The translations under genes were made by a program, and so were the position numbers. DNA of 34,646 bases from Candidatus Methylomirabilota bacterium. GTDB lineage: Bacteria > Methylomirabilota > Methylomirabilia > Rokubacteriales > CSP1-6. A model generated the notes under the pieces. The model searched no databases, was not told the origin of the DNA, and worked only from the letters and a program-made list of their open reading frames with translations. The stretch lies in assembly GCA_035260865.1 (NCBI GenBank), contig DATFUK010000336.1:1-34646 (forward strand), written 5' to 3'. Numbering within the stretch: position 1 is the stretch's first letter; each line of letters starts with the position of its first letter. Shown here one piece after another: positions 1 through 8,855 of the stretch.

Positions 1-2
1 TC

Positions 3-374
3 GGCAGTCGCGGCTACGCGCGGGACAAGCAGGTGGACCCGCCGCCCCCCGGCTCCTACCGCGGGATCGAGAGCGACGAGGAGTTCAACGCGGTGGTCCA
101 GGCCGCCGCCACCGGCCAGGGGCGGCGGCAGGGCTTCGAGCAGCAGCTCGCACAGCTCGACGACCTGAAGGCGCGCGGGCGGATCACCGAGGACGAGTAC
201 GCCACGATGCGCAAGCGGCTGGTCGACGCGGTGACACCCGGTGCGCTCACCCCCGCCCGGCCGTCGCGGCGACACCGCCGCGCACCCTGGCCGGCCGCTG
301 GTACGGGGGGAATCGCTCGGTGCTCGACATTCGCGGCGCCGGGCGAGAGCTTCAATGGGAGTGGGAGCAGGTGA
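3..374 (+). CDS. SHOCT-like domain protein, possibly 5'-partial (frame open to window edge; first in-window start is GTG 33)
   Basis: The segment LAQLDDLKARGRITEDEYATMRKRLV matches the SHOCT short C-terminal domain pattern. Third-position GC is high up to about 240. The tail after 240 is low-complexity with weaker codon bias. Confidence 0.4.
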   Translation, partial: GSRGYARDKQVDPPPPGSYRGIESDEEFNAVVQAAATGQGRRQGFEQQLAQLDDLKARGRITEDEYATMRKRLVDAVTPGALTPARPSRRHRRAPWPAAGTGGIARCSTFAAPGESFNGSGSR

Positions 375-577
375 CCGATCGCGCGACCACACGGGCGTCG
401 GGCACCGGGTCGGCCAGCGGGGAGAAGGTCTCGCTCGTCGGTCGCTCCACCGGCGTCGGGTTCGGCAACTCGCTGCAGTCGTTCTCCCTGACCTGGGACG
501 GCCCCGTGCTGCGCGGCACCTCCACCGGCTCCAACAACCTGCCCCGTGAGGTGCAGTTCAGGCGCGACCGTCGCTGA
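320..577 (+). CDS. Hypothetical protein (85 aa from GTG 320); its coding signal appears to start upstream of the first start codon
   Basis: Third-position GC is strong in this frame from about 240 to 577. There is no family match. It overlaps the preceding ORF by 55 nt. Confidence 0.3.
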   Translation: MLDIRGAGRELQWEWEQVTDRATTRASGTGSASGEKVSLVGRSTGVGFGNSLQSFSLTWDGPVLRGTSTGSNNLPREVQFRRDRR

Positions 578-603
578 GCCGATCGATCTGGTAGAGTGAC
601 CCC

Positions 604-1155
604 GTGCAGAACGGGCTGCTTCCGCGCTTCTTCGAGAGCGTGACCCGGCAGGCCTTCGGTGATCTGGCGATCGACGACGCGCCCGCCCTGCGCTACCTCA
701 CCGAGCTCCTGACCCGCTTCGTCCGCACCGAGGCCCTGCGCACGCTCCGCGAGCTGCCCGGCCGCCGCCTCGACACCGTAGCCGACTCGCTGCTCGCGAT
801 CCAGCACGTATGGGACTGGCAGGCGCCCGGCTTCAACCCGGGCACCGAGCGAGTCCTCCGTCGCCAGATCGGCGACTACACGCTGTTCATGACCGGGATC
901 TTCCGCGACTACGTGGACGGGCTCGCGGTCACCGGCTACTACGAGCACGAGGGGCGCCGCGCCTACCGCTTCGTGGCCGAGGTGGCCCGCGGGGGCGCCG
1001 AGCCGGACGCGCCGCTCTATCGTCGCCTCGCCGATCGGTTCGAGATGTACGCGGGCGCGCTCACCTACGCGCGCAAGGTCTACTTCCGGGCGAACGCGGT
1101 GCCCGCGGAGGCCTGGCCCGCGGATCCCTTCTTCCGCGCGCTGCTCGCCGAATGA
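604..1155 (+). CDS. Hypothetical protein, 183 aa
   Basis: GTG start, coding-like composition and high GC3. Its stop overlaps the next start as ATGA at 1152-1155. No recognisable family. Confidence 0.6.
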   Translation: MQNGLLPRFFESVTRQAFGDLAIDDAPALRYLTELLTRFVRTEALRTLRELPGRRLDTVADSLLAIQHVWDWQAPGFNPGTERVLRRQIGDYTLFMTGIFRDYVDGLAVTGYYEHEGRRAYRFVAEVARGGAEPDAPLYRRLADRFEMYAGALTYARKVYFRANAVPAEAWPADPFFRALLAE

Positions 1156-2339
1156 CCGCGCCCGCGGCGCGCGATGAGACGGCGGCCTGCCTGGCCGCCC
1201 TCGAGGCCGCGCTCGCCGGCGGAGAGCCGCCCGCGCTGGCCCGCGTGAGCCCGGCCGCGCTCGACGACGCGCTGCGCGCACTGGCGAAGCGGCACGGCGC
1301 CGCCTCCCTACCCTTCCTCGAGCATCTCGCGGACGCGGCGTCCGACAAGGACCACCGCCGCGCGGTGCGCCGCGCGCTCTACCGGCTCGAGCAGTCGGGG
1401 CTCCGCCCGACGCGGGCCGCGGCGGCGGCGCCCGCGCGCCCGGTGGTGACGCGCGCGGCCGAGCATCCGGTGCGCGCGTGGCTCTCCGGCATCGACGGCA
1501 GCGGCTCCCGGGCCGCGTGGATCCTCTTCGAGGGCGGCTTCGGCGGCGGCCTGCGGCTCTGCTCCCTGATCCTGAACGACGAGGCGGGAATCATGGACGC
1601 GGCGGGCGGCCCCATCGCGCGCAAGCGGCTCGAGGCGGAGCTGCGCGGGCTGCGCGAGAGCCAGAAGCTGCCGTGGGTGGAGGTGGACGGCCGCCGCGCC
1701 TGCGCCCTCGTGGCCGACGCCCTCGCGCTGCACGAGCGCCTCGGCACGGTGCCGCCCCCCGAGTTCGCGCGCTGGCGGCGGCTATTCGCCGCCGCCGCGC
1801 ATGCGCCTGGTGAGGTGAAGCCGAAGGCGAGCCGAACGGATACAAGAGAGAAGTATACGGTCGACATGCCCACGCCGGTCGACGCGACCAATAATCTCCT
1901 CGAAGCCTCCGCCGCGCTCCTCGACCTCCCCGAGCTCATGGGCTGGTTCATCGACCCCGCCCGTGTCCAGCACGAGGCGCTCGCGATGCTCCAGGTGCGC
2001 GAGAGCCGGCTGGTGGTCTCCGACCAGATCAAGGCGGAGCGCGAGGCCTCCATCGTGGACGGCGTGGTCGAGGCCCAGTTCCCCGACGCGGCGCGCCGGC
2101 GCTGGGCGGCGCGGCTGCGCGAGATGGCGGAGATCTTCCGCATGACCGGACACCTCGAGCCGGCCGCGATGGCCGAGCAGACCGCGGCCGCGCTTGCGGA
2201 CGCCGCGCGGCCGGCGACCGCGATCCCGTTCGCGCGGGCCCTCGCCGCGCGCGGCATCGAGATGGCCTCCGAGGTCGCGCTGGGCCGCACGCGCCTCGCG
2301 GACGTCAGCCGGGCGCCCGCGCGGCGCGCGCGCTCGTGA
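1152..2339 (+). CDS. Hypothetical Ala-rich helical protein, 395 aa (track ORF 810..2339 trimmed to ATG 1152)
   Basis: ATGA overlap with the upstream gene and GTGA overlap with the downstream gene. The composition becomes protein-like from MTAPAARDET onward. No family recognised. Confidence 0.6.
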   Translation: MTAPAARDETAACLAALEAALAGGEPPALARVSPAALDDALRALAKRHGAASLPFLEHLADAASDKDHRRAVRRALYRLEQSGLRPTRAAAAAPARPVVTRAAEHPVRAWLSGIDGSGSRAAWILFEGGFGGGLRLCSLILNDEAGIMDAAGGPIARKRLEAELRGLRESQKLPWVEVDGRRACALVADALALHERLGTVPPPEFARWRRLFAAAAHAPGEVKPKASRTDTREKYTVDMPTPVDATNNLLEASAALLDLPELMGWFIDPARVQHEALAMLQVRESRLVVSDQIKAEREASIVDGVVEAQFPDAARRRWAARLREMAEIFRMTGHLEPAAMAEQTAAALADAARPATAIPFARALAARGIEMASEVALGRTRLADVSRAPARRARS

Positions 2340-3277
2340 TCCCCGGGCTGCGGGTCGGCCACGTCACGGACGCGGTCGGGCTCACCGGCTGCACGGTGAT
2401 CCTGAGCGACGCGCCCGCGGTGGGCGGTGTGGAGATCCGCGGCTGGGCCGCGGGCGTGCACGGCCTCGACTTTCTCGACCCGCGCCACCTCGTGCCCACG
2501 CTCGACGGCGTCGTCCTGGCCGGCGGCAGCGCCTTCGGCCTCGAAGCGATCTGGGGCGTGATGCGCTATCTCGAGGAGCGCGGCGTCGGCTTCCCCACGA
2601 GCCAGACCGTGGTGCCGCACGTGGCCGGCGCCATCCTCTACGACCTCGGGCTCGGCGATCCCACCGCGCGTCCCGATCGCGCGATGGGCCACCGCGCGGC
2701 CGCCGCCGCGCGCCCGGGGCCGGTCGCCGAGGGCAATGTCGGCGCGGGCACCGGGGCCAGTGTCGGTAAGCTCCACGGCATCGCGCGCGCGACCAAGGGC
2801 GGGCTCGGCTGCGCGGTCCTCGAGCGCGGCGGCGTGCACCTGGGCGCGCTGATGGCGGTCAACGCGGTGGGCGACGTGCGCGATCCCGACACGGGGCGGC
2901 TCATCGCGGGGGCGCGCGACGCCACGGACGGCCGCCGGCTGATCGACACCGGCGCCGCGCTCGCCGCGGGCGCCCGCCCACCCGCGTTCCGCCCGACCAA
3001 CACCACCATCGGGCTCGTGGCGACGACCGCGTTGCTCGACAAGGGGGCGGCGGCCCGGCTCGCGCGGCTGGCGATGGACGGCTTCACGCGCGCGCTCTCG
3101 CCACCGCACCTGAACTCCGACGGCGACACGCTCTTCTGCCTCTCGGTGGGCACCGAGCAGGCCGACGTCGACCCCCTCGGCCGCGATGCCGCCGATCTGG
3201 TGGCCCGCGCGATCGCGCGCGCCGTGCGCGCCGCCACCGCGTCCGGCGGCCTCCCCGCCGCCCGCGACCTCGAGTAA
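2336..3277 (+). CDS. P1/S58 (DmpA/BapA-type) family aminopeptidase, Ntn hydrolase
   Basis: Family-typical motifs GNVGAGTGA and TNTTIG and overall DmpA-like layout. 313 aa. GTGA overlap with the upstream ORF. Confidence 0.85.
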   Translation: MIPGLRVGHVTDAVGLTGCTVILSDAPAVGGVEIRGWAAGVHGLDFLDPRHLVPTLDGVVLAGGSAFGLEAIWGVMRYLEERGVGFPTSQTVVPHVAGAILYDLGLGDPTARPDRAMGHRAAAAARPGPVAEGNVGAGTGASVGKLHGIARATKGGLGCAVLERGGVHLGALMAVNAVGDVRDPDTGRLIAGARDATDGRRLIDTGAALAAGARPPAFRPTNTTIGLVATTALLDKGAAARLARLAMDGFTRALSPPHLNSDGDTLFCLSVGTEQADVDPLGRDAADLVARAIARAVRAATASGGLPAARDLE

Positions 3278-3288
3278 CGCCCGTTCTC

Positions 3289-3309
3289 CCTCTCCCCTCA
3301 GGGGAGAGG
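3289..3309. terminator. Perfect 9-bp GC-rich palindrome (CCTCTCCCC-TCA-GGGGAGAGG) between convergent genes; bidirectional terminator or REP-like element
   Basis: Read directly from the sequence. It lies between the dmpA-like stop (3277) and the MBL stop (3331). It is followed by GGGTGAGGGGG. There is no clear U tract. Confidence 0.45.
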
Positions 3310-3330
3310 CCAGGGTGAGGGGGCTGTCGG

Positions 3331-4272
3331 CTACGCCTCGAAGGTAAAGCTCGACCCCACCGACGTCACCACCGTCTCCGACGGCAGGCGCTGGAGCAGG
3401 GTGGCCATGGACTCGAGCCCGGTGCAGTGCTGCGGCACCACCCAGTCCACCTCGAGCGAGCGGAAGGCGTCCACCACCCGCGTGACCCGCTCCTCCTTGA
3501 GGCCGCTCAGGTGGAAGCCGCCGATCACCGCGTGCACCTTGGAGACGCCCGCGATGCGGGTGGCGTTGCGGCAGATCCCGACGATGCCGCGGTGCGAGCA
3601 CGACGTCACCACCACGAGGCCGCGCCCCTTCAGGTTGACGATCAGGGTCTGCTCGCCCAGGAAGTCGTCCGGCACGATCGCCCCGTCGCGCTCGACCCGG
3701 AGATTCGCCGGGATGGGCTCGAAGGGCTCCGCCTCGTGCATCTCCCCGCTCAGCAGCACGCCGTCGGCGAGCAGGGTCGGCGTCCGCACCGTCTCCACCC
3801 GGACATCGTAGCGCTCGATCTCCTCGCGGTAGAGCCGCCCCATGCTGACGCGGTCGGCCCCGCGCTGGTTCCAGCGCGGGAGGAAATGATCCGCCCCGCC
3901 GTGGAACGCGAGCGGCTTCTTCATGGCCGGGCGATAGGTCCGCAGGAAGCCGAGCAGCCCTCCGAAGTGGTCCCAGTGCCCGTGGCTCAGCGCGAGGGCG
4001 TCGATGGTCCCCGGATCGAGGCCGAGCACCCGGAAGTTGTGGGTGATCGCGGCCTCGGAGGGGCCGAAGTCGAAGGCGATCCGCACCGTCTCGCCGCCCC
4101 GCGTGATCTCGACGAAGTGGGCGAGGCCGTGCTCGGCCCGCAGGTCCACCATCTGGCGGGCCACGAAGGCGCTGTACCGGCGCGCGACCTTCTCGTCCTG
4201 ACGGAGCGCGTCGATGTAGTTGTCCACCACCGTGGTGACGCGGACGCGATCGACCGGGGTGAGCGGAGCCAT
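3331..4272 (-). CDS. MBL-fold metallo-hydrolase, 313 aa (track ORF trimmed to ATG 4272)
   Basis: HxHxDH motif (SHGHWDH) and a later CSHRG region. Its start overlaps the upstream stop by 1 nt (TGATG). Confidence 0.85.
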   Translation of the reverse strand: MAPLTPVDRVRVTTVVDNYIDALRQDEKVARRYSAFVARQMVDLRAEHGLAHFVEITRGGETVRIAFDFGPSEAAITHNFRVLGLDPGTIDALALSHGHWDHFGGLLGFLRTYRPAMKKPLAFHGGADHFLPRWNQRGADRVSMGRLYREEIERYDVRVETVRTPTLLADGVLLSGEMHEAEPFEPIPANLRVERDGAIVPDDFLGEQTLIVNLKGRGLVVVTSCSHRGIVGICRNATRIAGVSKVHAVIGGFHLSGLKEERVTRVVDAFRSLEVDWVVPQHCTGLESMATLLQRLPSETVVTSVGSSFTFEA

Positions 4273-4994
4273 CAGTCCACCCGGGTCTCGTCGCGGTACA
4301 TCACCTTGTGGCGGGTCGTCTTGACCCAGTCGTCGATCTCCGCGTCGGTCATGAGGTTGGCCGGATCGAAGCGGTCCCAGCTCGCGATCTGGTCGAGCCG
4401 CTTCTTCCAGCGCTTGTAGGACGGCTTGAGCGGCGGGCCGAAGCACATGACGTCGATGATGCTGAGCTCGTCGGGCACGTCGAGCAGCGGCTTCACCTGC
4501 TTCTGGATGTCGTCCTGCCCGATGGCGGTGATCCACCAGACCGCGTAACCGAGCGCGGCGGCGGCCAGGTGGGCGGACATGGTGGCGGCGGCCACCGACT
4601 GGAGCAGGATGCGCTCGGCGTTCTGGTGGTAGAGGCGGTCGACGTCCGAGCCGTCGTTGAGCACCGGGAAGGCGCGGACGAAGCGGAAGTCGGCCGCGAT
4701 CACGATGAGACCCGGCGCGGTCTTCACCCCGTGGTAGTTGGGGGTCGGAAAGCCCATGCGCAGCTTCGCGCGGTGCTGCTGCTCGTCCACGAAGCACTGG
4801 CCGATCGCCGCCTTCGCGGCCGCGTCGGTGACCACGACGAAGTGCCAGGGCTGCGCATTGGCTCCCGACGGAGCGTGCCGTGCCGCCTCCAGGATCATCT
4901 CGAGGTGCGCCCGGGGAATCTCGGCGGGGGCGAAGGCGCGGTTGGTCATGCGGGAGCGGATCACGTCCATCAGCGACTCGTAGCGGGAGCTCAT
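4272..4994 (-). CDS. Nitroreductase family protein, 240 aa
   Basis: N-terminal RMTNRAF...APSGANAQPW motif typical of the nitroreductase fold. Confidence 0.85.
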   Translation of the reverse strand: MSSRYESLMDVIRSRMTNRAFAPAEIPRAHLEMILEAARHAPSGANAQPWHFVVVTDAAAKAAIGQCFVDEQQHRAKLRMGFPTPNYHGVKTAPGLIVIAADFRFVRAFPVLNDGSDVDRLYHQNAERILLQSVAAATMSAHLAAAALGYAVWWITAIGQDDIQKQVKPLLDVPDELSIIDVMCFGPPLKPSYKRWKKRLDQIASWDRFDPANLMTDAEIDDWVKTTRHKVMYRDETRVD

Positions 4995-5016
4995 GCGGCC
5001 CTCCGACCGGGCGGGA

Positions 5017-6060
5017 TCAGGCGCCGGCTTGTTCTTGCCAGAGCCCCAAGGCGCGCAGGGCAGGCTCGTCGTTGAGATGGAAGAGACAGGCGGGCGCCTG
5101 GCTCGATCGGTTGCGGTGCGTGGTCCAGTGCCACGGCGGCACCACGAACACGTCGCCGGCCTGCCAGTCGAGCGTCCGATCGCCGATCTGGCTCTCGCCC
5201 TGTCCCTCGACCACGTGGACCACCTCGCTGCCGGTGCGGCGCTCGCGCTCGGTCTCCTCGCCGGGTCGCAGCCACCGCGCCTCGGAGCCGATGGTCTTCA
5301 GCGGATACTCGCCGGTGCGCGGGTTCACGTGACGCAGCACCACCGGGGCGCGCCGCGGCGCGGTGGCGGCCATGGCCGCGAGCGCGGCGCGCGCGGTGCG
5401 CCACGGCCAGCGCACCTGCGGGTAGCCGGTCTCCTCGTAGCGCGAGCGGCGAGGTACGAGACCGGCCGCGGTGAATTCGTCCTGGGAGGAGTCGGTCTCG
5501 GTGGTCGGGCTGGACGCGGGCTTCATGGCCGAGGCCCAGTTGGCCTCGACGCCGCGGACGAGTGGAATGTCGAGGCCGTCCAGCCAGATCACCGGCTCGC
5601 GGCCCTCGTGCCCGTGGTCGTGCCCGCGCATCGGCGGCGTGATGATGAAATCGCCGGGTTCCATCGCGCACCGGACGCCGTCCACCGTGGTGTAGGCGCC
5701 CGTGCCCTCGACGATCAGCCGCAGCGCCGCCGCGGTATGGTGATGGCTCGGCGCCGCCTCCCCGGGCAGGATGATCTGCAGCCCCGCGTAGAGCGTGGCG
5801 GTCGCCGAGAAGTTGCCGGGCAGGCCGGGATTGCACAGCACCAGGACCCGCCGCTCCGCCTGCTCGATCGGCACCAGGCGCGCCGCCTCGAGCAGGGGCG
5901 CGCGCAGCTCGCTCCATCGCCACCGGTGCGGCACCACGCGCGTCTGCCGCTCCGGCGGCAGGAGCGCGTGGAGCGCGGTCCAGAGCGGCGCCAGCGAGAG
6001 CGCCTCGAGCCGGTCGGAGTACGCGGCGGGGAGCTGAGCGTCGCGGGTCGAGAGGCTCAT
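5017..6060 (-). CDS. Gentisate 1,2-dioxygenase-like bicupin dioxygenase, 347 aa
   Basis: Bicupin length and layout. First cupin has PGEAAPSHHHTAAALRLIVEG. Second cupin has VVHVVEGQG...GDVFVVPPW. Confidence 0.8.
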   Translation of the reverse strand: MSLSTRDAQLPAAYSDRLEALSLAPLWTALHALLPPERQTRVVPHRWRWSELRAPLLEAARLVPIEQAERRVLVLCNPGLPGNFSATATLYAGLQIILPGEAAPSHHHTAAALRLIVEGTGAYTTVDGVRCAMEPGDFIITPPMRGHDHGHEGREPVIWLDGLDIPLVRGVEANWASAMKPASSPTTETDSSQDEFTAAGLVPRRSRYEETGYPQVRWPWRTARAALAAMAATAPRRAPVVLRHVNPRTGEYPLKTIGSEARWLRPGEETERERRTGSEVVHVVEGQGESQIGDRTLDWQAGDVFVVPPWHWTTHRNRSSQAPACLFHLNDEPALRALGLWQEQAGA

Positions 6061-6064
6061 GACG

Positions 6065-7300
6065 TCAGCAATGCTTGCAGGGCGGGAACTCCCGCGAGTA
6101 GACCGGCTGCTCGAGGAATCGCTGGGGATCGTAGGTCCAGAACTGGCTGACCGCCGGATAGGTGTGGATCACCGTGTTCTGGAGCGCCCCGCCGACCTTC
6201 TCGACCTTGCGGATGTAGATGTTCTGGGTCGGGTTGCCGTAGGCGTCGATCTTGACCGGCCCGCGCGGCGCGTCGGTGATCTCGACCCGACGCAGGGCCG
6301 CCATCAACGCGGCCCGGTCCTCGACCCGCCCGTTCACCGCCTTCACCGCCTCCTCGATCACCCGGGCCCCGGTGTAGCAGTTCTCCGAGTAGAACGACGG
6401 CGAGCGCGCGTACGCCTTCTCGTACGCGGCGCGGAACTTCCGGTTGGCCGTCGTGTCGAGCGCAGCCGAGTAGTGGTGCGCGCTGGTCACCCCGATGGCC
6501 TCGTCGCCGAGCTGGGCGAGCACGTGCTCGTCGGTATGGGTCCCGCCCGCGATCAGCGGGACCCGGCCCTTGAGGCTGCTCTCCGCGTACTGCTTGGTGA
6601 ACAGCACGCTCCAGCGCCCGAGGGCCAGCACGAAGACCGCGTCGGCGTCCCGCTTCACCTGGGCCAGGTACGGCGCGTAGTCCTGGATGTTGAGCGGCAC
6701 CCAGATCTTCTGGATGACCTGGCCGCCGTTGTCCTCGAAGGCCTTGTGGAAGCCGCCGACCGTCTCCCACCCGAAGGCGTAGTCCAGGCTGATCGTGACG
6801 ACCTTCTTGTACTTGAGCACCTTCGCCGCGTACTCCCCGAACGGATGCATGTTGCCACCGGCCGAGAAGCCGGTGCGCACGAGCCACGCCGGCCGCTTGC
6901 GCTGGGTCAGGTCGTCGGCCGAGTTGATGGGGTAGATGGTGGGGATCCCGGCCGCCTCGATCGGCGGGACCAGCGCGTAGGCCACGTTGGAGAGGATGAC
7001 CCCGGCGAGCAGGTTGACCCGGTCGCTGTCGATGAGCTTCCGCAGCTTGGTCACCGCGGTGGCGGGCTGGCCCTCGGTGTCCTCGAGGATGACCTCGAGC
7101 TTGCGCCCCGCGATCTGCATCCCGTGCTCCTGCCAGTACAGCTCGCAGCCGCTGTACATGTCCTTCCCGGCCTGGGCGATGGCGCCCGAGATCGGCGACA
7201 GGAATCCGATCTTGATCGGGCCCTGCGCCTCGGCGGGCCCGGTGGCCATCGCCCCGACCAGCCCGACCACCACCGCGAGCAGCGTTCCGATCGTGCGCAT
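6065..7300 (-). CDS. ABC transporter substrate-binding protein, Leu/Ile/Val-binding (Peripla_BP_6) type, with signal peptide
   Basis: Signal peptide MRTIGTLLAVVVGLVGAMATGPAEA followed by IKIGFLSPISG. GGAGG lies 9 nt upstream of ATG 7300. The alternative start is 7321. Confidence 0.85.
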   Translation of the reverse strand: MRTIGTLLAVVVGLVGAMATGPAEAQGPIKIGFLSPISGAIAQAGKDMYSGCELYWQEHGMQIAGRKLEVILEDTEGQPATAVTKLRKLIDSDRVNLLAGVILSNVAYALVPPIEAAGIPTIYPINSADDLTQRKRPAWLVRTGFSAGGNMHPFGEYAAKVLKYKKVVTISLDYAFGWETVGGFHKAFEDNGGQVIQKIWVPLNIQDYAPYLAQVKRDADAVFVLALGRWSVLFTKQYAESSLKGRVPLIAGGTHTDEHVLAQLGDEAIGVTSAHHYSAALDTTANRKFRAAYEKAYARSPSFYSENCYTGARVIEEAVKAVNGRVEDRAALMAALRRVEITDAPRGPVKIDAYGNPTQNIYIRKVEKVGGALQNTVIHTYPAVSQFWTYDPQRFLEQPVYSREFPPCKHC

Positions 7301-7371
7301 GCGCCGGCTCCTCCGCTCCAATATGGGCCCGAGTCCGGGACAGTCTACCGCTTTGGCCCCGGGTGGGGTAT

Positions 7372-8562
7372 ATGACCGGGGTGCGCGTCGAGCTCGTGCT
7401 GACCGCGGTGGTAGGCCTCGGCGCCCTGTCCATCGACATGTTCCTGCCGTCGCTGCCCACCATCGCCGCCGTGTTCGGCGCCGAGGCCGCGATCGCCCAG
7501 CTCACCGTGACGCTGTTCCTGATGGCCTTCGCGGCCGCCCAGCTCGTCTACGGGCCGCTCTCCGACCGCTTCGGCCGCCGCTGGGTGCTGATCGGCGGCC
7601 TCGGCCTCTACGCGGTGGCCGGGCTCGGCTGCGCGCTCGCCCCCACCATCGGCGTGCTGATCGGGGCCCGCGTGCTCCAGGCCCTGGGCGGGGGCAGCGG
7701 GCCGGTGGTGGCGCGCGCGGTGATCCGGGATCTCTACGATCGCGAGCGCGCCGCGCGCGTCTTCTCCTACATGGGGATGGCCCAGTCCCTCAACCCGATG
7801 CTGGCGCCGATCCTGGGCGGCTACGTGCACGAGGCCTTCGGCTGGCGCGCGATCTTCTTCGTCCTGGCGGGCGCGGGCGCGCTGTTCGTGGCGCTGATGA
7901 TCGCCGGGGTGCCCGAGACCAATACCCGGCGGGATCCCCACGCGCTCCGGCCCGGGCAGATGGGCCGCAACGTGGCGGAGCTGCTCACCGACCGGAGCTA
8001 CGTGGCCTACGTGCTGGTGAACGCGCTGATGTTCGGCGGCCAGTTCGCCTTCATCTCGGGCTCGTCCTTCGTCCTGATCGGCGTCCTCGGCGTCTCGCCG
8101 AGCGGATTCGGGCTCTGCTTTGGATCGGTCGCGGTCGGGATCATGACCGGCACCTTCCTCTCGGGCCGGTTCGGCGCGCGCCTCGGGCTCGACCGCGCCA
8201 TCCTCTCGGGCACCATGCTCGGTGCCGCGGCGGGGCTGATCCTGGCCGGGCTGGCCTGGAGCGGCGTCCTGACGGTGGCGGCGGTGATCGTGCCGATGTT
8301 CGTGTTCGCGGTCGGGCTCGGCCTCACCCTGCCCAACGGCATGGCCGGCGCGGTCGGCCCGTTCCCGCGCATGGCCGGCCTCGCGGCCGCGGTGGCCGGC
8401 TTCCTCCAGATGACCGGCTCGGCGCTCTACAGCGTGGCGGTGGGGCGCTTCTGGGATGGCACCGCGCGGCCGATGACGACCGCGATCGCGGTGGCCGGGA
8501 TCACCGCCCTCCTCTGCTTCTGGCGCCTCCGGTGGAGGCGCCGGCACGACGTGCTAGCATGA
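7372..8562 (+). CDS. MFS transporter, Bcr/CflA-type drug efflux family
   Basis: Twelve-TM-like hydrophobic profile and motif LVYGPLSDRFGRRWVL. ATG 7372, with an alternative GTG at 7363. Confidence 0.85.
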   Translation: MTGVRVELVLTAVVGLGALSIDMFLPSLPTIAAVFGAEAAIAQLTVTLFLMAFAAAQLVYGPLSDRFGRRWVLIGGLGLYAVAGLGCALAPTIGVLIGARVLQALGGGSGPVVARAVIRDLYDRERAARVFSYMGMAQSLNPMLAPILGGYVHEAFGWRAIFFVLAGAGALFVALMIAGVPETNTRRDPHALRPGQMGRNVAELLTDRSYVAYVLVNALMFGGQFAFISGSSFVLIGVLGVSPSGFGLCFGSVAVGIMTGTFLSGRFGARLGLDRAILSGTMLGAAAGLILAGLAWSGVLTVAAVIVPMFVFAVGLGLTLPNGMAGAVGPFPRMAGLAAAVAGFLQMTGSALYSVAVGRFWDGTARPMTTAIAVAGITALLCFWRLRWRRRHDVLA

Positions 8563-8852
8563 GCGCCATGGCGCGCCGGGCGAAGATCATCCGCTTCCCG
8601 ACGCCTCCCCCGAAGCCGCCCGCGCCCGGTCGCGACGCCGCCGAGCTGGTGGAGGCGCGGCGCTGCCGCGATCAGACCGAGGCCCTGGTGGTCCGCGGGC
8701 TGCTCGAGAGCGAGGGCATCGCGGTGGTGCCACGCAGCCGCATCGCCCCGTCGGTCTATCCCTTCAGCGTGGGGCACCAGGCCGAGGTGGTGCTGCTGGT
8801 CGCCGCCGCCGACCTGCCGCGGGCCCTGGCCGTGCTCGCGCGGGAGCGCTAG
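8559..8852 (+). CDS. DUF2007-like small protein (putative signal-transducing fold), 97 aa
   Basis: Hidden in the tail of shadow ORF 6987..8852. ATGA overlap with the MFS stop. EALVVRGLLESEGIAVV...VVLLVAAADLPRALAVL resembles the DUF2007 pattern. Confidence 0.6.
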   Translation: MSAMARRAKIIRFPTPPPKPPAPGRDAAELVEARRCRDQTEALVVRGLLESEGIAVVPRSRIAPSVYPFSVGHQAEVVLLVAAADLPRALAVLARER

Positions 8853-8855
8853 CCG

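Noticed and set aside
1379-3601. 740-aa minus-strand ORF spanning the hypothetical gene and the dmpA-like gene
   Set aside because: The translation is Arg/Ala/Gly/Pro-rich with no family resemblance. It lies antisense to genes that have clear motifs and coupled start/stop overlaps. This is a typical high-GC shadow ORF.
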